Assembly (NCBI RefSeq): GCF_009914755.1
Contig: NC_060933.1
Reading direction: 5' to 3' (one strand)
DNA: 64,000 nucleotides
From: the human T2T-CHM13v2.0 reference genome, Homo sapiens
The notes under the pieces were generated by a model that saw only the letters and a list, made by a program, of their open reading frames with translations, was not told the origin of the DNA and searched no databases. Within the stretch, counting starts at the first letter, position 1. Every line of letters starts with the position of its first letter. Both the position numbers and the translations under genes were made by a program. Positions 28,745 to 45,059 of the stretch are shown here, piece after piece.

Positions 28745-29630
28745 TCTTGCATCACTCACACATGCTCACCTTCTGTTGTCTTCTCAGTCCCCCTGGTGGG
28801 GGATCTGGCTCCGTCATTTCACTGAAACTCTCTTCTCAAAAGTACCAAGCACTCCGAGGTTGCCAAATCCAAAGATAACATTCCATTTCTTACCCTACTT
28901 GATTCTCTACAGTATTCCATGAGATTGACCCTCCCTCTGTTTTGAAACACTTAATTCCTTCACCTTCCTGACACCACACACCTTGTTTTTCTCCGGATTC
29001 ACCGACTGCCCTTCAGTTGCCTTTGCTGGTTGCTCTTCCTTATTAAGCCTCCAAATATTCACACCCAACTTTGTTTCCTGTCCCCTTTCTCTTCTCTCTT
29101 TCCACTTTCTCCTTGATGATCTTACCCAGCCACATGGCTTTAAAACCATTTGTCTGCCACTGATGACAGAATCTACATGCACATGAGATCTGCATGTAGC
29201 TGTTTAATAAGTATCTCAAGTAAAATATGGCCCACCGCCTCCTCAGTTGTGTCTGTCCTATTAAATGGCACCACCGTCTACCCAGTTATTCGAACCCAAC
29301 ATCTAGGAATTATCCTTGATTGTTTTTTTCCTCATCTCTCACGTAATTCACCAGCAAATCCTATTAACATTGCCTTTAAAATATATCTGTAGTCTAAACA
29401 CGTCTCTAATATCTCTTCATCTCCATTGCTGTCCTAGCCACAGCCACCATCATCTCTTGCCAGAACTTTAGCAGCAGCATCACAGCTGGTCTCTCAGTAA
29501 TGTAGTCTCCACATAGCATCAAGGGGCAGCTTTATTTTATTTTTTTTCCACCCCTTCCCCAAGAGGCAGCTTTTAAAAATATAAATTGAATAATGACACT
29601 CTCCTGCTTAAAGCCTACTGAAAGTTTCCC
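28745..29630 (+). mobile_element. L2 LINE remnant
   Basis: Degenerate L2 ORF2 motifs (cactgaaactctcttctcaaaagt, ttgccaaatccaa, ccatggctttaaaacc...ctgatgac, ctcctgcttaaa). Confidence 0.75.
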
Positions 29631-29920
29631 AATGCAATTATTATTATTACTTTTTTTTTTAGCTAGGAGGAAAAGGTTTAATGTCCTCAAGAATAAGAGT
29701 TAATATAAATCAATGAAAAAAGGATATATACCAATGGAAAAACTGTTACAAAACATAAAAGACAATTCACAACTGGAATTCAAATGGATAATAAATAGAT
29801 CTGAACTCATTAATCAAAGAAATCCTTTAATAACACAAATTTTCTTCTTTTCTTATTATTGGTAAATATTTCCAAATGGGCACTATCAAACTTTTTTTTA
29901 GAAATATATTCTTTTTTTTA

Positions 29921-30376
<456 letters not shown>

Positions 30377-31285
30377 TAACGAAATAATCATATATGTACA
30401 CAAAGATTTGTGGACAAAGCTGTTAACTGGATTATTACTTTAATAACTAAAACTTACAAACAATCTAAATGTCCAACACTAGAGCAATGGTTAAGTAAAT
30501 CATAGAATGGTCACACAAAGGATTGTTAAACTGCTATTAAAAGTTATGCTATCAAAGAATACTTAATGACACAGGAAAACACTCATGATACAGTGTTAAC
30601 TGGAAGATAATTTTTATAACCACATAAAAGTAGAATGTCATTTCTAGACGTATTCAAATAATACGTATTGAATTCTAATATACAATGGACATTAAGATTC
30701 ACTGATATTTATTAAAGTTGTCATAATTTAGCCAAATTGCTATTCTGAAACCTTATTGTGTCTCTCCATTATTTTAGGGAGCTCATGCCAAGGTAGTAAA
30801 GACCTACGAGTCAGCCAAACATGAGGTTAACCCTCGCTGTGACACTCACTAGCTGGGTGACTCAAATCAGTTACTTCATTTTCATGAGCCTTAGTTTCCT
30901 CATCTGTAAACCCTCACCTCATAGGACTGTTGTGAGAACTAAAAGCATATATAAAAGACTGGTCAAGTGCCTGACATATAGTAGACAATAAATATTAAGC
31001 CTCTTTCCTTTCCTGTTTTTTTATTATTATTTTTTAGGTTATTCTCAGGATTTATGGGATTAAATCTGATTCATAGAAAGTACTTTTGCAAGATTCTGTC
31101 TGTGGGGACTGGTTATGACAATTTTTGCCTTATGTTCTCCATAATATATGTGAACTTTCAAATAATAATCACACACATCTTTAAGTCATTTAAGTGATTT
31201 ACATGTAAAATTCTTAGATGTGAGATGATGGAGGAAGTTGCACAAAGTTAAATATGAAGTAAACTCATATAAAAATGATGTAAGG

Positions 31286-31517
31286 TTTGGGAGGCTGAGG
31301 CGGGCGGATCACAAGATCAGGAGATCGAGACCACGGTGAAACCCCATCTCCACTAAAAATACAAAAAATTAGCCAGGCGTGGTGACCGGCGCGTGTAGTC
31401 CCAGCTACTCGGAGAGGCTGAGGCAGGAGAAGGGCATAAACCCAGGAGGCGGAGCTTGCAGTGAGCCGAGATCGCACCACTGCACTCCAGCCTGGGCAAC
31501 AGAGCGAGACTCCGTCT
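31286..31517 (+). mobile_element. 5'-truncated AluY of 12-bp-deletion lineage (Yd / Yc3)
   Basis: gagaccacggtgaaa lacks 12 nt of the consensus left arm; ctcggagaggctg; TSD aaaa(t)gatgtaagg; essentially no A tail. Confidence 0.85.
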
Positions 31518-32382
31518 AAAAGATGTAAGGTATAAAACCTACTGATAGGTCAGTGTTTATCTCATTATCAAATTTTCTATCCTTAATTCCAAGTTAGACT
31601 CAGTGAATGAGCTTCTGTCTGCCACTATGCAAACAACAGCTTTTAAAGCATTAAAAAAATGTATAGTGATTTTTCCTTCAGCTAAATCACAATGAATAGT
31701 CTTTTTCATCATTTCCACCGTTTCACCTCCAAGGGCCAAATGACCTTCAGTGAATTTTACTCCTGGTGCTAATACTTCCCACATAGGTCAAGCATTCTGG
31801 ACTATACCTATTATAGTGTTGTCTTCCTCACAAATTACAGATGAAATATATTGAGTAAGACTTTTATTAAGAATAAATTACTTTCTAATGTCAGGAACAA
31901 GCAATTCCCAGATTTGTTATTTCTGGGTTTTTTTGTTTGTTTGTTTGTTTTTGCAGGAAATGGAAAAATCAAGTGAGTATATGTCACTTGTAGTAAAATG
32001 CTTGCAGATAAAAATAATTACCAAGATTAAAACACCAGTGTGTACGGCTGCATTTTTGGGAACAGTGAGTCTTACAAACACAGTGTGACAATTCCTAACT
32101 ACCTTGCAAGCACAGTGGCCAGCCTGGACTGCTGAGTTACTGAAATTTAAGAGTACAGTTTGACATTTACAGTCTGCATGGATTTATTTCTAGAATGAGG
32201 GCTATTTTTTAAAATCGAGATATAAGAAAAATGCTGAGGTATGTACACAAATGTTCTAACTTGAAGGGATTATGATTTATGCAACCAAAATTCCATTGTA
32301 ATATTTAAAACATTCAGCAATAATAAAGTCTGATAATTTTGACAGGAAAATGATTTATGAGAACACCACATGCATAAATTAA

Positions 32383-32829
<447 letters not shown>

Positions 32830-34161
32830 TAGTAGTAAAAATTCACTGGGTCTATTAAAACTATATTAGACATCACATTTTGAAAAGAAAGTTAGACAGT
32901 ACATATTATCATTCTTTATAGCTAAAAAGAGAGCCCTTTTGTGAAAATATTTTGTGAAAATTAAAACTACTACAATATGTACATGAATATGTAACACATA
33001 TAAATGCCAATATAATCTTCATTTACGTCAATAGTATATTGCCTGACATAATTAAGTATTGCCTCTGCATTAAGTGCTCTGTTAAGTACTTTGCATCATC
33101 TCATCTAAACTTTAAGATGCCCCTGTGAGATAGGTAACATGGTCTCTGTTTTGCATTGAGAAAATGGAGGCTTTGGAAGGTTAAGTAACTGATGCCACCC
33201 AGCTCACAGCTCGTATGTGGGACAAATGGGACTTAAACCCAGGTTAGTTTAACTTCAGAGCCCATGTTTTCACTCCTGTTTTATCCTTAAATGAGAACAT
33301 CCCTCCTCACCAAAGATATTATTGATTAATTCAGTTTTTAATAAAAATAGTTTTTAACTACTCCATTTATTTCAATTTGGTGTTGGTTCTCTCTTGTCAC
33401 TACACACAAGCAAGCAACATCCTTGATTTTGACAATTGCTAACAATAATGCGCTGCTTACGTCTTTTGAAGATCGAACATTACCATGCTTTGTGAGCAAT
33501 TTCCAGTTATTCATCTGCTCTATAAAATAGAACTGTAGGGTGACTGTTAACTATATGTAAGATCCTAAAATTGAAAAAACCCAAAACTTCTATAAAGAAG
33601 AATGTTGTGATATTCTTGCAGTAGTATGTACTTTTGAAAAGTTGGGCATGCAAGTGTACACAGGCAATGGGTGGGAAAACAGGAGATGTGGCATAATCAC
33701 TGGTTATCCAGAAGTATCCTCACGTAGACTTTCTTGCTCTGGTAGCTTAGACACACAAGCAACGGAAGAAGCCTGCTTTACCATTCAGTATGTACAAATC
33801 TTATTATCTAAAGATGCTCCCAATATAAGCTGACTTACGTTCAAAAACTCAGAGAAACTAGAAATTAGAATTGCCAGAGGGGAGTAGAGAGGCTAAAGGG
33901 GCTTAGTTTTGGTTTGGTTTGGTTTTTTTCCTGACTTAGCAGGTTTCTTAACAGAAGACCATAAAAGCGAAGTCCTCTCACTAAGGTACAACTATGAAAG
34001 GCAATCATAATAATGTCATCCATCTGCAAATGCTTGATTTAGGTTAAGCATGTCGTAAGTATGAAAAGAAAAACCAAGAGTTCTTCAAGCAAAAGCTCTT
34101 GTGATGCCCTCTTTTGAGTTGAAGAATTCAAGAATAGAGGGGGAGATAACATGTTTATTGA

Positions 34162-34511
<350 letters not shown>

Positions 34512-34593
34512 AGCATATCATTAATGAAGGGAGAGAGAAAATGTTTGGGAGATAATTCATCTGAAAGCACAGGTTAAGAACTCCTTGAAATCA

Positions 34594-34895
34594 GGCTGGG
34601 TGCGGTGGCTCATGCTTATAATCGCAGCACTTTGGGAGGCTGAGGCGGGCAGATCACTTGAGCTCAGAAGGTCGAGACCAGCTTGGGCAACATGGTGAGA
34701 CCTGTCTCTGATAGAAATACAAAAAAAAAAAAAAAAAAAAAATAGCCAGGCATGGTGGTGCATGCCTGTGGTCCCAGCTACTGGGGAGGCTGGGATGGGA
34801 GGATTGGTTGAGCCTGGGTGGGGGTGGAGGTTGCAGTGAGCGGAGATCCCATCACTGCACTCCAACCTGGGTGACAGAGCAAGACCCTGTCACAC
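34594..34895 (+). mobile_element. AluJ
   Basis: Sense Alu, diverged (gatcacttgagctcag). Confidence 0.9.
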
Positions 34896-37451
34896 AGACA
34901 CACACAAAAAGAACTTCTTGAAATGAAGTGGGCTGATTTCAGGCACACCTCAAATAAGGGAGTTAAAATTCTTTCCCATCTTTTTCCATCCCATCCTATC
35001 TTCCATAAAGAAGCACTGTTGTTACACAGACAGAGAGTTGGGCCTGGAATAAAAGTAGTCCCAGGCACTCTTACAAGCAGTTAATAATAGATTGAATACT
35101 TGAATGGGGGAGTTTCACAACCAATCAAAGACAAATAAGTCATCACCTCATTAACTAACAGCCTAATTTACATTTTCTTTAAGGACAGACCCATAATCAG
35201 GAAAACTTTCCTCTATTGGATGGACTTAAGTGCTTGGCAAGGAAAGGGCTAGACTGCTGTTTCCTTTAAGGGCCCCTTTTTGTTTCTGTATGTTTATAAG
35301 GATTTCTATACGGGAACGAATAATTCAGGACACACATGTAATGAAACCCCGCTCATTAGCCATGCTCTATTTTTGAAATGGTAGAACCTGGGCTACACTC
35401 TAGCTCCCAGATAAAAATAATAATAATGAATGATTTCTATAATTATGTATAGATTAAAAAAAAAGTCCCTGTTGGCTTGTTTTGAGCCATGAGCCTGAAC
35501 ACTGACAGCTTTATTTTCCTTTGTAAAAATAAATCATCTAGTTTGAACCCAATTTCAAGAAAGCAGGAAAACCTTTTTTCCTCTCTGGGTTCCCCTTTCT
35601 GATTTATGGAAACCACAAGGCAAGTCTCCAGAGCACTTTCTGCACGTGTGCATTGCACACACTTCTGATTTTTCTAAGCTGTGTCAATATTAACCTGACC
35701 AAATGAAGATCAAACTGTCTCTTTTGTTCCTCACGCTCCTTGCATGGGGAGCACAATATGGCTCTTGTCAGAGGTGCTTCATCATTTTGGCTCAATGAAA
35801 GTGTCAGTACAGTTTGGGATTCGTTCTTCATGGGCAGATATCCTGATGGGTCTAATGAAGCCTCTCTGCTGACAACTCATTTGCTAAAAATACCCAACCA
35901 TCGCCAAGCTTAAGTGGGGAATATGGTTGTGCCCCCTTTGCTATCAACCCAATGAAAGTAATTAGTTTTTTTTGAAGTCTAAAAAAAAAATCTATCTATC
36001 AAGGCACACACCTTTCACCACCCATCTATGTGTTCTTGCTCATTTCCATTTGCTCACTGATAAACTTTATGACATTCTTAAATTGGCATATATAGGGTAA
36101 ACACCAATCTTGGAGCACACATGCAGAGCCAGCAGTCTGTGTGTACCATTTGTTGCAGTCTAAGCTAATTACCAGAAACCCCCTCCTGAAAACAGATACA
36201 CTCTGGGGTTTGTGGTTTTACTTTTGTTTGGAGATGGCTGTGTTTGAGAAGCTGGAGGAATCCCTCTTCAGGTAAGGATGCTGCTGTCATGACTGTCTCA
36301 GTCACAAGTCACAGAAACTTAACTGTAACTGATTTAAGTAGAGAAAGAAGTCAGCAGGATCTGGGGAGTGTTCCCACAGAAGCCAAGAAGAGCCTGAGCA
36401 CGCGCTGGGAGAAGGGCAGGGGTTGCCAGGGATATGCAGGTCGTCCTGCCTCTCCATCCTCTTCTGGCTGCATTCTGCTGTCCTGCAGCCAACTGGCATC
36501 CTCTACACGGTGGGAACCACAGGTGGCTGCAGCATCTCTGTGTAGACCTTGCCAAATGAGTCACGACTCCCTTTTGGTCATGAGTTTGAAAACCCTGGAG
36601 AAAGAACTCTGGTTGTTCCCACTTGGGTTCGGTGCCTATCTCTGGGCAAAACAATTGAGGTAGATTGGAAAGACCACAAATCACAGACACCACACCAGTT
36701 ATAACAAAGTTGGTGGGTAAGAGTCACTTCCTAGAAGAGGGATGCTGAGCAGATAAGCCCATAGGTGGGCACTTTAGACATCAAGCACGAAGGTGTAACA
36801 CGCATACACAGGCACACGCACATACATTCTAACACACACATGCACACTCATCAGATACTTTCCCAAAGCCCCATTTTAGTTCCAACCAACCAAGCCTAGT
36901 TGTAGGGAGAATCATGATGCTTGGAAAGATAAGTTTAGTGAGACAATTTAGTTAACTTTTATTTTCATGTTAATTTTTATTTTACGCTCCAATTAAGGAG
37001 GGTATTAAAAAGAGGAGTGATAAATCTATAAAAGCGTTAAGCTTAGAGAATGAAAATTATGCTGAATCAATTGAAAATACATTGTACTATTTAAACAATC
37101 CAGGAAAAAGCAGTCAAGCCTCCTTAATCTTTATTCTTTCAGGTCAACATGAGGGTGTTTCTCTTTTTGGCCCTTGAAGTCTTCAGAAGCTCAAATCTCC
37201 ACTATAACTGTCAAACTTCCATTGCTATTAGTACCATCTATGAGGCATTAAAATGCTTTAAATACAAATTTGAAATGTTCTACAGGCCCAGCCTTCCAGG
37301 CAGAGAATACCTGGGCTCACTCTGGTGGAACAAGAGTAGTAATTTAATTGTCATTATTTTATACAAGAGTGATTTATAGAAGGGCTCTAAGCAAGCCAAA
37401 TACAGAAAAAAACCTAAATTCGTAACAGATAAAAAGTAATAACTTTAGACC

Positions 37452-37647
37452 AGGGTTTCTCAACCTTGGCACTACTGACATTTGGGGCTGGACAGTTCTT
37501 TGCTGTGGGGGCTGTCTTGTACCTTATAGGGTGTTTATAGCATATCTGGCCTTGACCCACTAGATGCCAGTAGCAAGCTCCCTGCCCTAGTTATGACAAC
37601 TAAATATGTCCCCTGTGGGGCAAAATCACCCCAGTTAAGAACCACTG
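37452..37647 (-). mobile_element. MER20
   Basis: cagggtttctcaaccttggcactactgacatttggggctgg...agaaccactg. Confidence 0.88.
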
Positions 37648-38127
37648 CTTTAGAGAAAAACAGCAGGAGACTCTTAGGAGCTTACAAAATAATTCAAGTC
37701 ACACTCAACTGTTTCAGAAATCTTACTACATAAAGCAAGACACATGGTTAATTCTGCCTGGTTTAACAGGCAGGAGAACTAGAAAAGTAAATCAGGGATG
37801 GGGAGCATCTACATGAATACTTTTTATTAATTGGCCAAATATTTCCTTTTTCGAAGCCAGTAAAAATAACATCTTTCCATCAATTGTCTTTTAGTTTAGA
37901 TTGCTGTGCTTATAAATGAAACCAAGCTTCGATTCTCTTAAACAAAGAAAACAGCAGGATGGTTTAAAAGAGCCAAGATTTTATAAAACATCTACTTCCT
38001 ATTCCAGGAAAATGAAGTTTACCCAGGTATTTTCCAGAGTTGTTTCTTTCTTCTTCTTCTTCTTTTTTTTTTTTTTTGTCAAGCAAAGTTGTACTATTAT
38101 TCCAACTTAGTTATGGGTAAACAGGGC

Positions 38128-38434
38128 TTTTTTTTTTTTTTTTTTTTTTGAAACAGGGTCTCACTTTGTCACCCAGGCTGGAGTGCAGTGGGGTGATTTC
38201 GGTTCACTGTAACCTCTGCCCCCAGGTTCAAGTGATCCTTCCACCTCAGCCTCCCCGAGTAACTGGGACTACAGGTGCAAGCCACCATGCTTGGCTAATT
38301 TTTGTATTTTTTGGTAGAGATGGGGTTTCACCATGTTGTCCAGGCTGGTCTTGAACTCCTGACCTCAGGTGATCTGCCTGCCTCAGCCTACCAAGGTACT
38401 GGGATTACAGGTGTGAGCCCCCCGACGCCTGGCC
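38128..38434 (-). mobile_element. Alu (S/J)
   Basis: Antisense Alu; TSD taaacagggc. Confidence 0.93.
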
Positions 38435-39634
38435 TTAAACAGGGCATTTTTAAATGCCAAATCTTATATTTAGGATTCCTGAAAAATCTATCTTTTATCT
38501 CCATAATGGTAACCTAAAATATGGCAGATATTTGAGGGTATAGCTATGTTATGCCACACTCATGGGGCATTACAACTGTTCAATGAATGGCTAGCATTCT
38601 TGCCTGATAACAGGCTACCAGCATCTTTGCCCAATAACTTAGGCTATGTGGAAAAACTCATCAAAACCCATTAAAACCCATTTCTGGGCCTGAATTATCT
38701 AAACCTGTATGTTCACATCTCAATCCATTCTCAACCCCGGCTATACCTAAGAATAGCCCAGGGAGCTGTTAAAAAAAAAAATACAAGTACTCACAGCCCA
38801 CCCCATGAGATTTAAATTTAATTGGCTTAAGGGTGAGGCCTGGGTATCAGTATATTTTTCAAGGAGGTACATTGATTAATGTGCAGGTAGGGTGGAGAAC
38901 AGGAGTCTGTATTGACATAAAGAAATATTTTCAATTTGTATTGTCTACACATAGTTTCTACATCAGTGATTCTAGTTTCTATTCTCTAGTCATTGACTGA
39001 ACTTTGATAGTCACTGGGGAAAAATATAAATTCCAAAAACTTGGTTCATATTTGCGTATGTGTGTTTTTAAATAAGCAGCCCTAACTTCTCCAAATGAGC
39101 AAATAATAAAATGTAGTGCTTAAAAGAATAGGCTTTGGAATACAGCAGCCCAGGACTCACATCCTAGCTCCACAGCCTGTTATCTCTGCACCTTTAGGCA
39201 AGTTACTTATTAGGCTAAGCTTCAGTTCTTTCCTCTGGAAAATGAGTATAATAACCTACTTATAAAATGAGAAAATGTATAAAACACTTAGCTTAGGATC
39301 TCTCACACAATCAGCCCTCAATACATAGATGGTAGTCAGCAGCAGCCAAGACCCAACAGCTACAACTCCATTAACAGTAAGTTTATTTGTCAATTAGGGC
39401 ATTAGAATAATCCATTTTCAGGGACAGTTTGGAGATTGTCTTTCTACCTTATGTATGTTAGAAATAGTCCTTTTTGCCCTAAGATTCTTTTGTTGCAGCC
39501 ATTGTTTAAATTACGGAGCTACAGAATTTCTGATTAAAAGAACTCTCAGGTTTGGAGAAAGTGTGGGACAAATGAACCAGAGAGTGTAATGGAGCAATGG
39601 GTTCTCCAGGTGCTGTCTTTAGGATGTGATCTAA

Positions 39635-39812
39635 GTCAATGATCCTCAAACTTTAGCTGAACTCATGAATCACCTACAGGGCTTCTAAAAATACGGACAC
39701 CTGGGCCCCACTTCTAGCGTTTCTGATTCAGTAGGTCTGGGGCTGTTAGTTCTAGCGAGCTCTCAGGTGATGCTGATGTGGCTGGTCTGGGAACCACAAT
39801 TTGAGAACCACA
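39635..39812 (+). mobile_element. MER5A-like
   Basis: ctgggccccac...ttctgattcagtaggtctgggg...caggtgatgctgatg...ttgagaacca. Confidence 0.75.
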
Positions 39813-41036
39813 TTTTTATCTAAAGCAAGACATTTCATTTTTCTGAGCCTCAGGTTCCTATCTGTCAAAAACAAACAACAACAACAGCAACAAAAAAAGC
39901 CAGAGTCCATTAAGGTATAAAATTCTTGCTTCTACTTTGCTTGGCTCTTTAGAAATGAAAGTATACAGTAGCATTCTTCTACTGTATATTTTTTATATTA
40001 GCTGATATGATTAGGACAAGGAGTTGGTTAATTAAAAATTTGGCTAAAGAGGTAAACTGTTAAAAAGAAATGTTTTATTATAAAATAAAATAAAACGATC
40101 TTATTTGAATTCAAACATAAAATAATGCATCCATTTATAATCTTTTCATGTAGAACCAAGGTCTTTTAAAGTATTTTTTTCTTTTAAAATATTTAAAAGC
40201 ATGGGTTTATAGGAGCTTTCCAACTTCTTTGTTGCAGCCATACATATAAAATTTAATTTTCCATTTCTAATTTCAATTTCCTTAATGTGGAATAAAAACT
40301 TAGACATATGTAAAAAAATCTGAACACAGACTCCTACATTTTTACAAGTCTGCCAATTTTTTATAGCTGTATTATCCTAATTTGAGACCATATTTTTCTT
40401 GAGAGCATGTTTCATTTCATTTTCTTGTCTTTCCAAAGCATTAATCTTAGAAATAACTACCTTAGTCCTATTTCATCAGTTTATTCAAGATTGTGTAATT
40501 ATATTAACATGTACAATTGATTTAAATAGGTTTGGAGCAAACACAGCTGATACTTGGCAAACATTAAATGCAGCTAATCCATATGTACACACCTGTTCAG
40601 TCTAGAGAGTTTTTGGCTGGCTGTCAGCATTCAGCTAAGGTTATCGATGAGTATACGTTACAGGGTAGAGTGGACAATGTCATTTAGTTCAGTACATTAG
40701 TTAAGGGAAGATCAATAAAGAGAGCTTCTACTGTCAGAGGTAACTGTGCAGCCCTACCTCCTCACCTGTAGAAAAAAGATACATATAATCTTGTGATTTT
40801 GAGTCACAACATATATTAACCCACGCATCTGTAACTTAAACACAAATCACCTGGGATTCTTGCTAAACCACAGATTCTGACTCAGGGGGCCTGAGATTCT
40901 GCATTTCTACATGCTCCCAGGTGATGGCTGTGCTGCTGGTCTGTGCACCACATGTTGAGTAGTAAGATATTAACCAATGCTACCAGAAGCCATAAAAAAA
41001 GGAGAGGTTCTACCCCTGAAATAAAAGATGAAAGAG

Positions 41037-41420
<384 letters not shown>

Positions 41421-41652
41421 TTATCTAAGTAGAATGCAGGATCTCAATATGATAGAGGAAATGATTTCACACTGAGAATATGGCAACAGAAGAGTGGCTT
41501 GCTGGTCAACCTCTCTCAGAAGATAGCTTAATGAGCAATGGGGCTTTCATATTTCATATTTCTTTATGCTATGAAAAATGAAAAAGATATATATACTTGC
41601 TGCTGTGGAAATATTCCAAGACATATTATTATATGGGGGAAAATCAAGTTTA

Positions 41653-41697
41653 ACACACACATACACACACACACACTATAAACATATATTCCCTCTC

Positions 41698-41730
<33 letters not shown>

Positions 41731-41741
41731 ATATATATATA

Positions 41742-41757
<16 letters not shown>
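41653..41757. repeat. Compound microsatellite (CA)n..(TCTA)n(TA)n(T)n
   Basis: Directly visible; abuts an Alu tail. Confidence 0.9.
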
Positions 41758-42045
<288 letters not shown>

Positions 42046-42449
42046 TAAATATATTTTTTAAACTTACAAAACAAAATTGTATCTTTCTAGTACGTACCAA
42101 AAAGAGCAAGGAGAAAATTCCAGAAAAATGTACACCTCATTGGTACACTTATTATTTAGAAAAAGGACTGGTATTTGAATGAGGGTATAAAAAGGCCTTG
42201 AGCTTTGTCTGCATTATTTAGATTCCTTTACAGTGTGAACAAACTCATGTATTATTTATGTAATAAACTAAACAAAAGAAAGAGTAGCTTGCAATTACAT
42301 TTTGTTAGTGATCAAAGCAAACCTCCTTTGCTTATAGTAAAGGAGTCAAACCTTTTTACTCAGACACCCCCGCTGCTCCCACCACTAGCAAGCATCAGGT
42401 CCTCTAAGGGACCCTGATACGTGCATTTATGTCATAGAAAATTACACTT

Positions 42450-42757
42450 GGCCGGGCGCGGTGGCTCACGCCTGTAATCCCAGCACTTTGGAAGGCCGAG
42501 GCGGGTGGATCACGAGGTCAGGAGATCAAGACCATCCTGGCTAACATGGTGAAACCCTGTCTCTACTAAAAATACAAAAAATTAGCCGGGCATGGTGGTG
42601 GGTGCCTGTAGTCCCAGCTACTGGGGGCTGAGGCAGGAGAATGGCTCCAGGAGGCAGAGCTTGCAGTGAGCCGAGATAGTGCCACTGCACTCCAGCCTGG
42701 GGGGCAGAGCGAGACTCCGTCTCAAAAAAGTAAAAATAAAAATAAAAGAAGAAAAAA
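42450..42757 (+). mobile_element. AluY-like
   Basis: accatcctggctaacatggtg, gagcttgcagtgagccgaga; TSD agaaa(a)ttacactt. Confidence 0.92.
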
Positions 42758-43796
42758 GAAAATTACACTTAAGATACATTCTTTGGGGAAAGGCAATCTT
42801 CTCTTTGTCTATCATGGTCTAGAACCTCTGAGAAATCTGCCCTTACCACCCACGCACATTTGGCTTGGTTTTTGACATGTGTTTTGAATCATCCTTCTGT
42901 TGCCTTTCATTTACTCTAACTTTAGAATCAAGCAACTGCTAAGGATTCCTTATTTCTTATACAGGGGCAAAGATGAGCAGCCCAGTTCTCCACAGTGTCT
43001 GGTTAGCAGGCCTGATTAACTTAAGAATGTGTAGTGTCTAGGTTGTATAGTTTGTCTGTGTCTGATTTTTCCTGGGGCTTGAGACATCACATTAGTAAGA
43101 CTCAAAGAGCATTTATCTTTGCTGTTCCCAGCTTCTAGCACGTCTCTTGCTGACAGCTCTGTCTGAGCTGGACTGAATGAGAGACAGAAGTAGACCTCCA
43201 GCAGCCACTGGACCCTGGGCCTGGCTCATGATTAGAAGATTTCATGTCTGTATGTCTGTATCTATCTCTCTGATTTTCCTCCATTATTCTCAACTCTGTT
43301 CTCACTCTCATTCTAAAAGGCCACCAACAGACCACCGATTTCTCTTGGCAAGAGGGAAAGAGGAGTTTACAAAAATACCTCAGAAGACAGAACTGGACAT
43401 CTGCTTCTCGTCTCCATTGCTGCCATTTATATAGATTTTTTTAAATTTCTGAAAGTAGTTAGGTACCTGGTTACTTGGGGAAATAACGGTAGAGTCATTT
43501 TTCTACCTGCTGAGAGAGATCGGTCTTCTGCCTGAGTAGCCACAGGTATGGGTGCTTGCTCCTGCATCACAGTACTCAGCCTCCCCCAGTACCACCCAAC
43601 ACACACAATACAGCACTGCCCCAACATCAAGAAAACAGATGGCAACATCTTCATGGACTGAAGTGCTACTGCACATCAACACAGCTTCATGGACTGAAGT
43701 GCTATATTGCACATCAACACAGCTTGTTCCAGACCACAAATATCTGACTTCATTCCTTGGCTCTCTAGTGTCTTTGCAATACTCATAAACCACAGA

Positions 43797-44121
43797 TTCA
43801 TTCATTCATTCATTCATTCATTCATTCATTCATTCATCTATTTGAGACAGGGTCTCACTCTGTTACCCAGGCTGAAGTGCAGTTGCACAGTCACAGCTCA
43901 CTGCAGCCTTGACCCTCTGGGCCCCAGTGGTCCTCCCACCTCTGCCTCCCACGAAGCTGGGACTACAGGCACGCCTGGCTAATTTTTTTTTTTTTATTTT
44001 TTGTAGAGACAGGGTTTCATTATGTTGCCCAGGCTGGACTTGAACTCCTGAGTTCAAATGATCTGCCTGCTTCGGCCTCCCAGAGTGCTAGGACTACAGG
44101 CATGAGCCATAGCACTTGGCC
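43797..44121 (-). mobile_element. AluJ with (TTCA)n tail
   Basis: (ttca)n at 43797-43837 followed by a diverged antisense Alu. Confidence 0.9.
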
Positions 44122-45059
44122 CTATGAACTTTGTACAATATCAGAGGTAAGACAATTAATTAATTTGCCTGTACAATATCAAGAGGTAAGATAATTAATT
44201 AATTTGCCCTAATCTTCACACAATTCACAGAACAGGAAAATATAATAACTGTCATTTTACTCTTAGGGTTTTTCCTGCTACTGACTTTGTGATCCAAAAA
44301 GATTTTTTTTTAAAGCAGTCTGTTCCTTAAAAGTTTTAGTTGTTTTTTTTTTTTCTTTGAAAGATGGATAACGTTAATGATTTCAGTAATCCTGTAGCCA
44401 AAAACTAGTTTGATTATCAAAGAACAGTGTTTACTGAATGCCTTCTATGTAGGGGATTCAGGTTATTCAATGGAAGGGCTACTCAAGTCTGGGCATCATG
44501 AAAATGAGTTGATTTGTCTGTTTCCAGATTTGGCAGCATTCAAACACTCAGAAGTCCACAAAAAGGACCTCCCTGGAGGTTCCACAGAAGATCTCCCCTC
44601 CTTCTGTGGAAAGGAGGGGCTGGGTAGATGTTTGTAAGGTGCCTTCCAGTTCTGATATTCAATGATTTAATAATCCTAAAATGGAAAGACGTTCAGGAGG
44701 TAGGGGTCGAATCAGGGACAGAGGAGAAGGTGGTACAAGCACAAAAAAAGTTTAAATTTTAAGATCATCGAACCTACAGGAAAAAAGATGGTGAGATAGT
44801 GAAGTCAGGAAGACCCTCTAGCTCTCAAATGAGACAGACTTCTATTTGAATCTCAGCTATGCCACTTCTCATTACACAACTTTGGGTGAGTTACTTAACC
44901 TCGAAGCCTTGGTTTCTGTATCTGAAAATGAGAATAATAATACCTACTACATAGTTTATCAACAGGATTAAATGAGATAGTTCATATAAAATGCTAGCAA
45001 AGTCCTTGGAATATTAGAAATAACAGTTTAAAATAAAAATGAGTTCAGATTGTCACAGA

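Noticed and set aside
44421-44435. ARE-like AGAACAgtgTTTACT overlapping a forkhead TGTTTAC
   Set aside because: The second half-site lacks the critical G; expected by chance in 64 kb.
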